Positions 10,866-21,082 of a DNA stretch of 64,000 nucleotides are shown here, in pieces. The position numbers and the translations under genes were made by a program. Every line of letters begins with the position of its first letter. The stretch's first letter is position 1. The notes under the pieces are model-generated. The model ran no database searches. It was not told the origin of the DNA and was given only the letters and a program-made list of their open reading frames with translations. Source of the stretch: Alistipes sp. (lineage in GTDB: Bacteria; Bacteroidota; Bacteroidia; Bacteroidales; Rikenellaceae); NCBI GenBank assembly GCA_017403125.1, contig JAFQOR010000013.1, positions 38,700 to 102,699 on the forward strand. Direction: 5' to 3'.

Positions 10866-12323
10866 ATGATACACAATATGAAAACCATGTCAAATAGACT
10901 CCGTTTTATCCTCCTTCTCATGCTCGCCGTGACGGCTACGGCGTGTAGCAAGAGCGAGGTATCACTCTTCGAAGTTCCCTCACAGAGCATCCTTCTCACC
11001 AAGCCCGGCGAGAGTGGCTCAACAACCTTCGACACGCACAATATCACCTCGATAAAGGTTACGTCAAAACCTGCGGGATGGAGTGTCGATAGCATCGACA
11101 TGTACACCGGTACCATTAGTGTTACTGCACCATCATCGTTCGACAACGACGAAGCAACAGAAGGGGACATATCGCTTACGGGATACACACCTACGGGCAG
11201 CGTTAAGACCCTGACAATATATGTGGCAATACTTCCGCATAACGACATCGACTTCACCTCAACGCCCGCAAACTGCTATGTAGTTTTTCAGGCAGATAGG
11301 CGCTATAAGTTCAACCCATACGTGGGTGGCAACAACACCGCATTAGCAACCGAAAAGGTGGAGCTTGTATGGCAGTCGAGCAAAGACCTCATCAAGTATC
11401 TCGATCTGCGCGATGGCGTGGCTTCGTTCTACGTAGAGTCTGCTGTGGACGAGAACGATACACCCACCAACGAGGTTACCCCCGGCAATGCCGTTATCGC
11501 GGCACGCAATAGCGATGGCGAGATTATATGGAGCTGGCACATTTGGATTACGACAACCGACCCCACGTTGGATGTAGCTACCCTGAATGGCAAGACAATG
11601 ATGAATCGCAACCTCGGCGCCAACTGCAATAGCGAGGGGGAGGCTAACGAGGAGAAAATCATGCAATCTTATGGTCTTTACTATCAATGGGGCAACAAAA
11701 ACCCGTTACCCGGACCGCAGAGATGGGACTTTCATGGCAACAGCGACGCAGCTCTATACAACTACGCCAACAAGGAGTATTCACTAAAATACGCCGAGAA
11801 CACAGCCGAGTGTGGCACCGAAGAGTGGAGCACAGCGCACCCTGCATATATCATCCTCGGTAACGCAAATAACAGCTATGATTGGCTCTACAACTCGCAC
11901 GACGACTCGCTGTGGAACGGTACGTCAAAGAGCGAGCAGGATCCCTGCCCCGCCGGTTGGCGTCTGCCCGACAGCTCGGTATTTGCGAGTCTTGACATAC
12001 GCACAGCCGATGATGACATGGCATGGCAGGAGGCCCAAAAGATGTATGGTTGGCATCTGGAAGATAGAACGACGGGCGAGAGCTACTTCTTTGCCGCTGC
12101 CGGACGTCGCAACTACCTCGATGGCAAGTTGGATATTATGAACGATGATGCCACACGCCCCGTACCTTGGTCGGGATACTACTGGACAACAACAACAGAT
12201 GGCGACAATGGCGTAGCTCTCTACTTCGACCTCAACACCGAGAGTCGCACATGGAACGGCATGAACACATCGCGTTCGATGCACCGCGCCAACGCACTAC
12301 CCGTAAGATGCATAAGGGAGTAG
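10866..12323 (+). CDS. Surface lipoprotein with fimbrial-tip / Fib_succ_major-like C-terminal domain (start may be 10878 or 10887)
   Basis: Lipobox TATA-C; ANCY, GNAVIA...IIWSWHIW, MNRNLGA, GLYYQWG, DPCPAGWRLP, PVRCIRE. Confidence 0.8.
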   Translation: MIHNMKTMSNRLRFILLLMLAVTATACSKSEVSLFEVPSQSILLTKPGESGSTTFDTHNITSIKVTSKPAGWSVDSIDMYTGTISVTAPSSFDNDEATEGDISLTGYTPTGSVKTLTIYVAILPHNDIDFTSTPANCYVVFQADRRYKFNPYVGGNNTALATEKVELVWQSSKDLIKYLDLRDGVASFYVESAVDENDTPTNEVTPGNAVIAARNSDGEIIWSWHIWITTTDPTLDVATLNGKTMMNRNLGANCNSEGEANEEKIMQSYGLYYQWGNKNPLPGPQRWDFHGNSDAALYNYANKEYSLKYAENTAECGTEEWSTAHPAYIILGNANNSYDWLYNSHDDSLWNGTSKSEQDPCPAGWRLPDSSVFASLDIRTADDDMAWQEAQKMYGWHLEDRTTGESYFFAAAGRRNYLDGKLDIMNDDATRPVPWSGYYWTTTTDGDNGVALYFDLNTESRTWNGMNTSRSMHRANALPVRCIRE

Positions 12324-12349
12324 GCGAGCGATAGATTACACGATAAGAG

Positions 12350-12386
12350 AGGAGCTGGCTAATAGGTATTTTAGCCGGCTCTTTTC
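12350..12386 (+). terminator. Intrinsic terminator
   Basis: gagctggctaa...ttagccggctc stem followed by a T run. Confidence 0.6.
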
Positions 12387-12441
12387 GTATAATGAGTCTG
12401 TGGCTTGATGATTGCTTATGGAGCATATAAACTCCAAAGCG

Positions 12442-13635
12442 ATGAAAGTAAATACCGGAAAAGGGGCGATGCCGCTGGTTGCGGTAATCGCTATATGGTC
12501 GGTGTCGGCGATAGTATCTCTCCCCGGACTCGCCATATCTCCCATCCTCGATGACATAGATAAGATATTCCCATCGGCAAGCGAACTGGATGTACAGATG
12601 TTGGAGTCGCTACCGTCGCTAATGATTATACCCTTTATGCTTATATCGGGACACCGCTCGGTCAAGGGCAACAAGATTCGCATGCTCGTTCTTGGCACCT
12701 CTATATTTCTTTTGAGTGGCATAGGGTGTATGCTGTCGCGAACGCTCAACGAGCTCATCATAACGAGCGTGCTTCTGGGCGTTGGTGCCGGCATCATCAT
12801 CCCTCTATCTACGGGACTTGTCGTCGATTACTTCACAGGAGACTACCGCGTCAAGCAACTTGGTATAAGTTCGGCGGTAAACAACCTCACGCTCGTCGTC
12901 GCCACAGCTGCCGTAGGCTACCTTGCCGACGTAGAGTGGCATTTGAGTTTTGCGGTCTATCTGTTACCTGCCATCACTCTGCTTCTGATTCCGGCATTGA
13001 GCCACACCACACCTGCGCCTGAGCCACGCGAAGGTGCACAGAATCGTCAGCAACAACTCAACCGAGGCGTCATAGCCGGCCTTATGCTCCTCTATTTCGC
13101 CATCACCTATCTGTCGCTCATCGTCACCTTCAACACATCGTATGTCGTCGAACGGAGTAATATGCACGCCTCCACGGCTGGCGCAATAATATCGCTCTTC
13201 TTTCTTGCCATTATGGCACCAGGATTCATGCTGAACACCATAGTGCGCATCTTTGGGCGAAGAGTCAATATGTTGTCGCTATCTATTATGGGCATTGGGC
13301 TACTAATCATGGCGCTACCCCACCACAGCTTCATCACGCTCTGCACCGGAGCAATACTCACCGGATTGGGATATGGTGTTATGCAACCTATAATATACGA
13401 CAAGGCGGCTACAAATGCGCCGCCTCATCTTGCCACCTTTGCCCTATCGCTCACGATGGTCGTAAACTATCTTGCCATACTCGTTGCACCCGTAATTGTA
13501 GCGCTACTCAATCGACTCTTTCACACCACATCGCCCTCGTTCGGCTTTTTGGTCAATGGGCTAATAGCCCTTGTGCTTGCTGTCGTTGCAGCGCTATTCA
13601 ATCGCCACAACCGCGTATTAGGGTCCGACGACTAA
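12442..13635 (+). CDS. MFS transporter (start uncertain, 12412-12442)
   Basis: About 12 hydrophobic segments; LLGVGAGIIIPLSTGLVVDYF. Confidence 0.85.
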   Translation: MKVNTGKGAMPLVAVIAIWSVSAIVSLPGLAISPILDDIDKIFPSASELDVQMLESLPSLMIIPFMLISGHRSVKGNKIRMLVLGTSIFLLSGIGCMLSRTLNELIITSVLLGVGAGIIIPLSTGLVVDYFTGDYRVKQLGISSAVNNLTLVVATAAVGYLADVEWHLSFAVYLLPAITLLLIPALSHTTPAPEPREGAQNRQQQLNRGVIAGLMLLYFAITYLSLIVTFNTSYVVERSNMHASTAGAIISLFFLAIMAPGFMLNTIVRIFGRRVNMLSLSIMGIGLLIMALPHHSFITLCTGAILTGLGYGVMQPIIYDKAATNAPPHLATFALSLTMVVNYLAILVAPVIVALLNRLFHTTSPSFGFLVNGLIALVLAVVAALFNRHNRVLGSDD

Positions 13636-14207
13636 TTCGCGTTGCTTCGAGCCACTCGGCGCCAACGCAAATAGCCCAACACCGCAAGCACACAGTAGAG
13701 CATGTAGAGTGCCGCCGTAATGGGAATATCTTTGTATAGATACAGACCAACGCTAATCATATCTACAACAAGCCACACCAACCACTGCTCGACCAACTTG
13801 CGTGAAAGCATCCACATGGCCGTAATGCTGAGTGCCGTGGACATAGAGTCGAGTAACGGAACACGGCTGTCGGTAAACTCCGTAAGCAGAAAATATAGAA
13901 CGATATGCAGCACCACATAGACCGCTACAAGCGGTGCTATCCACCCATGCGGCGTATGTTTAATCCTACCTCCATCGCCATGTTTCGAATGGCGTTTCCA
14001 CACCAAAAGACCATAGATGCCCGCAGCAACGTAGTATAGCTGCATGGCGGCATCAGCGTAGATACCCGCATTCAGATACAGACATCCATGCACCATGGGC
14101 ATTATGGCACCAATCACCCACACCCATATATTTGCCTTATACTCCAACCACAAGTAGATAAGACCAAGTGTCGTACCCACAACTTGCAGAACAAGCGACC
14201 AATCCAT
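13632..14207 (-). CDS. pnuC: PnuC-family transporter, probably thiamine (PnuT-type)
   Basis: LDSMSTALSITAMWMLSRKLVEQWLVWLVVD; lies in a TPP-riboswitch operon. Confidence 0.9.
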   Translation of the reverse strand: MDWSLVLQVVGTTLGLIYLWLEYKANIWVWVIGAIMPMVHGCLYLNAGIYADAAMQLYYVAAGIYGLLVWKRHSKHGDGGRIKHTPHGWIAPLVAVYVVLHIVLYFLLTEFTDSRVPLLDSMSTALSITAMWMLSRKLVEQWLVWLVVDMISVGLYLYKDIPITAALYMLYCVLAVLGYLRWRRVARSNAN

Positions 14208-14238
14208 AGCGATATAGAAGATTATTACTAATAGAGTT

Positions 14239-16485
14239 TTAGAAACTTACGGTTACGTTGGCAAGCACGTTGATAGGTGCTTGCGGGAAGTAGAAGGCAT
14301 CGTCGTAGCGAACACCATCCCACATATAGGAGTAGCCATAGCCATTTGACTCATACTCCGCCGAGAATAGGTTGTAGATGGCCACACCAAAACGCACCGA
14401 GCGCTCGTCACGCATCGAGAGCGTGTATCCCAAATCAAGATTTGTAACGCAGTAGGCATCGAGCGAGAGCGCCTCAATCTCGTTGTTCGTAAAGTATTGC
14501 TTGCCTACATACTGCGTATGCCACACAGCACTAAAACCCTTTATGTGGAAATCGGCGAAGAGCGAACCTACGACCGAGGGAGAGTAGGATATGGTCATAT
14601 CTCCGAGATTAGTTCCGTAGGTCGGGCTATCCTTCAACTCATCGACATAGTCGCGAATCTTATTCTCCGAGAGTGTGGCATTTGCCGACAGCGTCAGCCA
14701 CTTCGTAGCCTTCCACGACGCCATAAGCTCAACACCACGGCGGAAGCTATGCTCGACATTCGTATTTAGGGCATCATCACCATCGTTCACCATACCCGTA
14801 GCGACCAACTGATTGTGATACAACATATAGTATAGGTTTACACCAAGTGATAGTCGAGGTGATGTATAGTTATAACCAACCTCGAAATCTGTCAATCTCT
14901 CTGGTTTAGGATAGCTATCGTCAGCAGCAAACATATGCCTATCCGTAAAGTCGGAGCGTGTAGGTTCGCGATGCGCAATAGCAACCGATGCAAAGAGATT
15001 ATGTCGCTTATGGCGGTAGCTTAATCCAAGGCGCGGATTGAAGAAGTTGTAGCGCTTATCAACATCGATAGGCTGTATCGTAACACCCTCGTCACCCCAT
15101 ATTGCATTGTCGTTTACGCCCCAAGCCTCGTAGTGCACATAGCGATATTGCAGGTCACCGAAGAGGTGCAACTCGTTGTGGGCATTGCTTCCGAGCAACG
15201 ACCAATCGGCACGAGCAAAGAGGTTGGCATCCTGCTTGCGCACATCGTTGTCGTACCAACGTCCGGCAACATCTGCCCTATTCATGCCATCAACCCACGA
15301 CACCTCACCCCAATGCGGGCATGTATAGTAGCTCCACGAGCCACCAACCGTAAGCGATAGTGTATTGCTGCGATATGTTGCTGCGAGATTAGCGCCTCCA
15401 AGGTGGTTACGCATAATCTTGCTACGAATAAGGTCTGCTTGTTCGATATCTGTTGCGAGGTTTAGATACCCGGCGAGCCAAGCATCATCCTTATATTGGT
15501 TATAGTAGCCATAGCCATAGGTATAGAATAGCGTAGAGCCGAGCGACCATCTATCGTTAAACGCATGGTTTACAACCAACTGATTGTTGATTTGCAGATA
15601 GTTATCTGTTTCGTCGTCGTGGTATGCGACGTGCGTTCCATCTGCCAATACATGCTCACCCGACGACGTTACGTATTGCCCCGACGTGTGATACCTGCGA
15701 CCATACAACTCCATATCTTCACGCGACACACCATTGTAGGTTAGATAGGTCTTGGCTACACCACCAAACGATAGCAGCTTGACCTTGGTCTTTGAGGCAT
15801 AGTAGCCCACCTGCGCCATATACGATTTTAGGTCGGTCGAGCCTCGGTCGATATATCCATCCGAACCGATGTGCGTAAGTCGCGCATCGACAACCCAATG
15901 CTCACGCATAAGTCCCGACGATATGTGCAACGCCTGTTTATTGGTATTGTACGAGCCATAGGAGAGCGACGCCGAACCACGAAAGTCCGGTGTAAGCGCA
16001 TCGGTCGTCATCGACACAGCACCACCAAAGGCTCCACTACCATTCGTCGAGACACCCGCACCGCGCTGTACCTGAATAGTTCCGACTGACGATATAAGGT
16101 CCGGAGTATCGTACCAATATACCGAGTGCGAGTCGGGGTTGTTCATCGCCACACCATTGATTGTGACATTTATGCGCGTGGCATCTGTACCGCGCAGTCG
16201 TATGGATGTTGCACCAATGCCCACGCCCGTCTCGTTGGTGGCAACCATCGAGGGCGTAAGCGCGAGTGCCGATGGCAAGTCGAGAGCATAACTACTGCGT
16301 ACAATAGCATCCTGCGTGAGGTTCTCGTGAGCTATGGGTGTGCTACTCGTAGCTCTTGTAGCAAGCACCTCGACAAGCTCCATCTCATATACTTTGGTTG
16401 TGTCGAGCTTTGGCGGCAGACTCTGCGCCGAGAGTGTTGCGGATGACAAACCGCATAACACCATAAAATAAAAAATCCTTTTCAT
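14239..16485 (-). CDS. TonB-dependent receptor, probably thiamine uptake
   Basis: Plug IRLRGTDATRINVTING...IQVQRGAGVSTNGSGAFGG; C-terminal Phe; directly downstream of a TPP riboswitch. Confidence 0.9.
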   Translation of the reverse strand: MKRIFYFMVLCGLSSATLSAQSLPPKLDTTKVYEMELVEVLATRATSSTPIAHENLTQDAIVRSSYALDLPSALALTPSMVATNETGVGIGATSIRLRGTDATRINVTINGVAMNNPDSHSVYWYDTPDLISSVGTIQVQRGAGVSTNGSGAFGGAVSMTTDALTPDFRGSASLSYGSYNTNKQALHISSGLMREHWVVDARLTHIGSDGYIDRGSTDLKSYMAQVGYYASKTKVKLLSFGGVAKTYLTYNGVSREDMELYGRRYHTSGQYVTSSGEHVLADGTHVAYHDDETDNYLQINNQLVVNHAFNDRWSLGSTLFYTYGYGYYNQYKDDAWLAGYLNLATDIEQADLIRSKIMRNHLGGANLAATYRSNTLSLTVGGSWSYYTCPHWGEVSWVDGMNRADVAGRWYDNDVRKQDANLFARADWSLLGSNAHNELHLFGDLQYRYVHYEAWGVNDNAIWGDEGVTIQPIDVDKRYNFFNPRLGLSYRHKRHNLFASVAIAHREPTRSDFTDRHMFAADDSYPKPERLTDFEVGYNYTSPRLSLGVNLYYMLYHNQLVATGMVNDGDDALNTNVEHSFRRGVELMASWKATKWLTLSANATLSENKIRDYVDELKDSPTYGTNLGDMTISYSPSVVGSLFADFHIKGFSAVWHTQYVGKQYFTNNEIEALSLDAYCVTNLDLGYTLSMRDERSVRFGVAIYNLFSAEYESNGYGYSYMWDGVRYDDAFYFPQAPINVLANVTVSF

Positions 16486-16534
16486 ACCTTTAATTTATTA
16501 AATTAAGTTGAAAAGGGGTCTTATAAGATATGTC

Positions 16535-16656
16535 CAATCCCGGTCTCGGCATTACCCGTATCCGGTACAATGGGTTTAATCTCAGCCAACACCCATGCCA
16601 ACATACCATGCACACTCTCCGCATGATAGCCAACAACGAGGTTAGCACCCCCTTAC
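16535..16656 (-). ncRNA. TPP riboswitch with a long P3 arm
   Basis: Minus strand reads GGGGTGC...GGCTGAGATTAAACCC...ACCGGATACGGGTAATGCCGAGACCGGGA. Confidence 0.88.
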
Positions 16657-16752
16657 TTTGCGCAAAGGTATAAAATTTTTTCCAATGGAAGCGCGTTAGC
16701 GTAATAAAAGATAATCGACGGTAAAAAATTTTGGTTTTACAATTTATTTTCA

Positions 16753-16760
16753 TATCTTTG
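16753..16760 (+). promoter_or_regulatory. Bacteroidota -7 promoter element for glyA
   Basis: TATCTTTG with an upstream TTTG. Confidence 0.6.
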
Positions 16761-16815
16761 TTAGTTGGAAACAAGGTATTGAATAATACTTAATACTAAA
16801 ACAATATAACTTAAA

Positions 16816-18096
16816 ATGAACAAGGATTTACAGATTTTTGACTTGATTGCCGAGGAGCGTTCACGTCAGACAAAGGGCATCGAGCTTATCGCTTCGGAGA
16901 ACTTCGTTAGCGACCAGGTTATGGCTGCTATGGGTTCGGTATGCACCAACAAGTACGCCGAGGGCTATCCCGCTGCTCGCTATTATGGTGGTTGCGAGGT
17001 TGTTGATAAGATTGAGAATCTCGCTATCGAGCGCATTTGCAAGCTCTACAATGCCGAGTATGCTAATGTTCAGCCCCACTCTGGTGCACAGGCTAACATG
17101 GCGGTATTCTTCGCATGCCTCAAACCCGGAGACACATTCATGGGTCTTGACCTTTCGCACGGTGGTCACCTCTCACACGGTTCGCCGGTAAACATGTCGG
17201 GTATGTACTTCAACGCCGTTGGCTACAAGCTCTCGGAGGAGACCGGCAACATCGACTACGATGAGATGGAGCGTTTGGCAATCGAGCACAAGCCCAAGCT
17301 TATCGTGGGTGGTGCTTCGGCATTCTCACGTGAGTGGGACTACAAGCGCATGCGCGAAATCGCTGATAAGGTGGGTGCTCTGCTTCTCGTGGATATGGCT
17401 CACACCGCAGGTCTTATCGCAGCAGGGTTGCTGAACAACCCCGTAGAGTACGCTCATATCGTAACATCAACAACCCACAAGACATTGCGTGGTCCTCGTG
17501 GCGGTATCATCCTCATGGGCAAAGACTTCGACAACCCGTGGGGCTACACCACTCCCAAGGGCGTGGTTAAGAAGATGTCGCAGATTCTTAACTCTGCCGT
17601 ATTCCCCGGCATTCAGGGTGGTCCGTTGGAGCACGTTATCGCTGCCAAAGCAGTTGCCTTTGGCGAGGCTCTAACTCCCGAGTACAAGGAGTATCAGCAG
17701 CAGGTAGTCAAGAACTCGAAGGCATTGGCAGAGGCTCTCACAAAGCGTGGCTACAAGATTGTTTCGGGCGGCACCGACAATCACCTCATGTTGGTAGATT
17801 TGCGCACCAAATTCCCCGAACTGACGGGTAAGCTCGCCGAGAAGTGCTTGGTGGCAGCCGACATCACCACCAACAAGAACATGGTTCCGTTCGACTCACG
17901 CACTCCGTTTACCACTTCGGGCTTGCGTTTTGGCACACCCGCCATCACAACACGTGGCGTAAAGGAGGACAAGATGGACTACATTGCCGAGCTTATCGAC
18001 CGCGTACTCTCTGACCCCGAGAACGAGGAGAACATCGCAGCTGTACGCAAGGACGTAAACGCCATGATGAACGAGTATCCTCTCTTCGCGTGGTAG
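16816..18096 (+). CDS. glyA: Serine hydroxymethyltransferase
   Basis: [37 protein letters not shown]. Confidence 0.98.
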   Translation: MNKDLQIFDLIAEERSRQTKGIELIASENFVSDQVMAAMGSVCTNKYAEGYPAARYYGGCEVVDKIENLAIERICKLYNAEYANVQPHSGAQANMAVFFACLKPGDTFMGLDLSHGGHLSHGSPVNMSGMYFNAVGYKLSEETGNIDYDEMERLAIEHKPKLIVGGASAFSREWDYKRMREIADKVGALLLVDMAHTAGLIAAGLLNNPVEYAHIVTSTTHKTLRGPRGGIILMGKDFDNPWGYTTPKGVVKKMSQILNSAVFPGIQGGPLEHVIAAKAVAFGEALTPEYKEYQQQVVKNSKALAEALTKRGYKIVSGGTDNHLMLVDLRTKFPELTGKLAEKCLVAADITTNKNMVPFDSRTPFTTSGLRFGTPAITTRGVKEDKMDYIAELIDRVLSDPENEENIAAVRKDVNAMMNEYPLFAW

Positions 18097-18115
18097 TGTT
18101 CCAATAGTGCAATTT

Positions 18116-18150
18116 GAGGGTGTTTAACTTATGAGTTAGGCACCCTCTTC
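18116..18150 (+). terminator. Hairpin after glyA
   Basis: gagggtgtttaact...agttaggcaccctc; short U tail. Confidence 0.55.
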
Positions 18151-18168
18151 TGTAAAAAGCAGATAGAT

Positions 18169-18861
18169 ATGAAAGAGGTTTTATCATTTCTTTCGGACCT
18201 CCACGATAACAATAATCGCGAGTGGTTCATGGCAAACAAAGAGCGATATAGATACGCTCTGGATAAGCACCATGCGAATGTCGAACGCCTTATCACACTC
18301 ATTTCGGAGTTCGACAATACGTTAGACGGTGTCGGCGTAGCTAACAGCACCTATCGCATTTATCGCGACATACGCTTCTCGAAGGACAAGTTGCCCTACA
18401 AGGACTTTTTCAGTGCCTTTATCGTGCGCGGAGGCAAGAGGAGTGGCTATGGTGGCTACTATCTGCACATATCACCCAAGGGTAACACATGGGGCGAAGG
18501 TTCGTTTTTGGCAGCAGGCAACGTATGTCACGAAGCCTACGTACTGCGAAGCCTACGCGAAGAGATAGAGGACAATGCCGCAGAGATGAGTCAAAATATC
18601 GAGCAAAGTGGGTTTGGTTTGAATGGTGCCGCATCACTGAAACGCACGCCCTCGGGATATCGCGTCGAGCCTCAATATGAGTATCTACTACGCTTGAAGG
18701 AGCTATGTATATCGCACCCCGTGACCAACGAGTGGTTTCTGCGAGAGGATTGGGTGGAGTACACAGCAGAACAATTCCGCAAGTGCAAACCCTTCCTCGA
18801 CCAGATAAATCGCGCAATAGAGTATGCCTACGAAATGGAGGGTATCAGAGTAAGAAGATAG
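18169..18861 (+). CDS. DUF2461 family protein
   Basis: FLSDL..NNNREWF, YRIYRDIRFSKDKLPYK, GYYLHI. Confidence 0.88.
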   Translation: MKEVLSFLSDLHDNNNREWFMANKERYRYALDKHHANVERLITLISEFDNTLDGVGVANSTYRIYRDIRFSKDKLPYKDFFSAFIVRGGKRSGYGGYYLHISPKGNTWGEGSFLAAGNVCHEAYVLRSLREEIEDNAAEMSQNIEQSGFGLNGAASLKRTPSGYRVEPQYEYLLRLKELCISHPVTNEWFLREDWVEYTAEQFRKCKPFLDQINRAIEYAYEMEGIRVRR

Positions 18862-18910
18862 TCTAAAACCGAGCGTACCATATCCAACTTACACCTAACA
18901 ATACTCGCCC

Positions 18911-19399
18911 CTACATCGGTCGCGAGATGTCGGCTACGTCGGCTTGCACAAAGGCTATAAGGTCGCGCGGGTCGATGGCTATCTGCAAGCCACGAACACC
19001 CGCACTTATGTATATACGTTCGTAGTCGAGAGCAGATTGATGGATGTAGGTTGGCAACTGTCTCTTCATGCCTATGGGTGAGCAGCCACCACGAATATAT
19101 CCCGTCGTAGGTAGCAGCTCCTTCATGGCGATAAGCTCCGAACTCTTATTCTTGGATATGCGCGCCGCAGCCTTCAAGTCCACCTCATGGTTGCCCGGCA
19201 CAACGCATACGAATAGCCCTGTGCGGTCACCACGCAACACCAACGTTTTGAATACCGTGGCAATATCCTCACCCAGCTCTTCGGCGACATGTGTCGCAGC
19301 AAGGTTATCTTCATCAACCGTATAAGGAATCAATTCGTAGGCGATCTTCGCCCTGTCTAAAAGGCGTGCCGCGTTGGTCTTCTCTATCTTTTTTGCCAT
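18911..19399 (-). CDS. ybaK: Cys-tRNA(Pro) deacylase
   Basis: KTNAARLL, VFKTLV, TGYIRGGCSPIG, SAGVRG. Confidence 0.93.
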   Translation of the reverse strand: MAKKIEKTNAARLLDRAKIAYELIPYTVDEDNLAATHVAEELGEDIATVFKTLVLRGDRTGLFVCVVPGNHEVDLKAAARISKNKSSELIAMKELLPTTGYIRGGCSPIGMKRQLPTYIHQSALDYERIYISAGVRGLQIAIDPRDLIAFVQADVADISRPM

Positions 19400-19452
19400 A
19401 ATTTTACTCTACTATTCGCACCACAAAGATATTAAATTTGTATCTTTGCGCC

Positions 19453-20244
19453 ATGAGTTATGCATTTATCACAGGTGCCTCATCGGGCATAGGGCGCTGC
19501 TACGCTACGGAGCTTGCCAAGCGTGGCTACAACATCATAGCCGTAAGCAATCAAACCGAAGAGCTTGAATCGACAGCCGAGATGCTACGCAACCAATACG
19601 GTGTCATGGCCCACACCATCGACATCGACCTCACTGCCCGAGATGCCGCCGAAAAGCTATATCGTCGATGCACCGATAGCGGCTGGGAAGTGGAGATTCT
19701 GATATGCAACGCCGGCATGCTACTCTTCTCGACACTCGCAGCTACCGACCCCAAACGTTTGGAGGCAATCATTGACCTGCACTGCACCACAACAACGCTT
19801 CTGTGTCGCTACTTTGGCAATGACATGAAGCAACGTCGCAAGGGTCGCATACTCCTCATGTCGTCATCGACGGCATGGATGCCCTACCCTACAATCTCTC
19901 ATTACAGCGCCACAAAATCGTATATCAAGAGCTTCGCCTCGGCACTATGGTATGAACTTCGCCCCTACAACGTGAGCGTGACGGCTATATTTCCCGGTGC
20001 CGTAGATACACCCTTCTATCGCCTCGACGACAAGCTACGCCGACGCTTCGTACGTCTTGGAATCATGACACCGGCTGACAAAATTGCACGTCGCGGTGTG
20101 AAAGCCATGATGCGCGGTCGCCGTCGTCTTGTTCCCGGCATATTCACCAAACTTGTGGTGGCGATATGCGCCATTATTCCTGCACGTCTCTTCTACCCAT
20201 TATTACGCATAGGCCCTATCCGTCGCCTCTTGGAAAGGGTCTAA
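19453..20244 (+). CDS. SDR family oxidoreductase
   Basis: TGASSGIG, NAG, YSATK. Confidence 0.9.
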   Translation: MSYAFITGASSGIGRCYATELAKRGYNIIAVSNQTEELESTAEMLRNQYGVMAHTIDIDLTARDAAEKLYRRCTDSGWEVEILICNAGMLLFSTLAATDPKRLEAIIDLHCTTTTLLCRYFGNDMKQRRKGRILLMSSSTAWMPYPTISHYSATKSYIKSFASALWYELRPYNVSVTAIFPGAVDTPFYRLDDKLRRRFVRLGIMTPADKIARRGVKAMMRGRRRLVPGIFTKLVVAICAIIPARLFYPLLRIGPIRRLLERV

Positions 20245-20903
20245 CCCTCGATAAGTTTACGGAGTTGAGCTACGGTAATATCCCTAAAATCGCGAATGAT
20301 AAGGTCGGCATCGGTCTTTTCGAGGAACGTTCTGTCGAAGGTCGTAGCAAGCGCCACAACCTTCATTCCCGCACGCTTTGCCGACTCGATACCCGCCTCG
20401 GCATCCTCAAACACCACACACTCCTCGGCACGCAGTGCAAGTTTCGACGCTGCCGTAAGGTAGATTTCGGGGTCGGGTTTGCAGTGCCTAACCTGGTCAC
20501 CTGCCACCGTGGCGTCGAAGTAGCGACGAATATCGCACATATCCAACACGAAATCGACATTCGGCTTATATCCCGACGAACCCACAGCACATCGTAAACC
20601 CTCCGCCTCACACTCCGCAAGGAAATCGCACAAACCGGGTTGTGGCTCGATAATCGGGGCATATATCTCGCGATAGATAGCCTCCTTCTCGTAGCCAAGT
20701 TCACGAATGCCTACACGCTCAACAACATCGCGTGGCATAAGCTCACCCATAATGTCGTCGTTGCCCATGCCAAAGACTCGATTCAAATCATCGAAACTGC
20801 GCTCGACACCATATCTTCGGAAGAACTCGGCAAATGCCTGACGGTGAATTTCGAGGTTATTGACCAACACACCATCCATATCGAAGAGAATACCTTTAAG
20901 CAT
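20241..20903 (-). CDS. HAD family phosphatase (beta-PGM-like)
   Basis: FDMDGVL, KPDPEIYL, VFEDAEAG. Confidence 0.9.
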   Translation of the reverse strand: MLKGILFDMDGVLVNNLEIHRQAFAEFFRRYGVERSFDDLNRVFGMGNDDIMGELMPRDVVERVGIRELGYEKEAIYREIYAPIIEPQPGLCDFLAECEAEGLRCAVGSSGYKPNVDFVLDMCDIRRYFDATVAGDQVRHCKPDPEIYLTAASKLALRAEECVVFEDAEAGIESAKRAGMKVVALATTFDRTFLEKTDADLIIRDFRDITVAQLRKLIEG

Positions 20904-21082
20904 ACGTTTATATCCTTTTTTTCAATTTCACTCTACACTCCCAGACTTCGGCCCATACACATTTCGAGCGTATCGCAAAGCCTCGAACAAAGGTAATATT
21001 TTTATTGAACAAAACATCAAACTTATTTATTTAATCATAGTTTATTTTGACTATTGGCACAAAAAACGTAAATTTGCAACGT

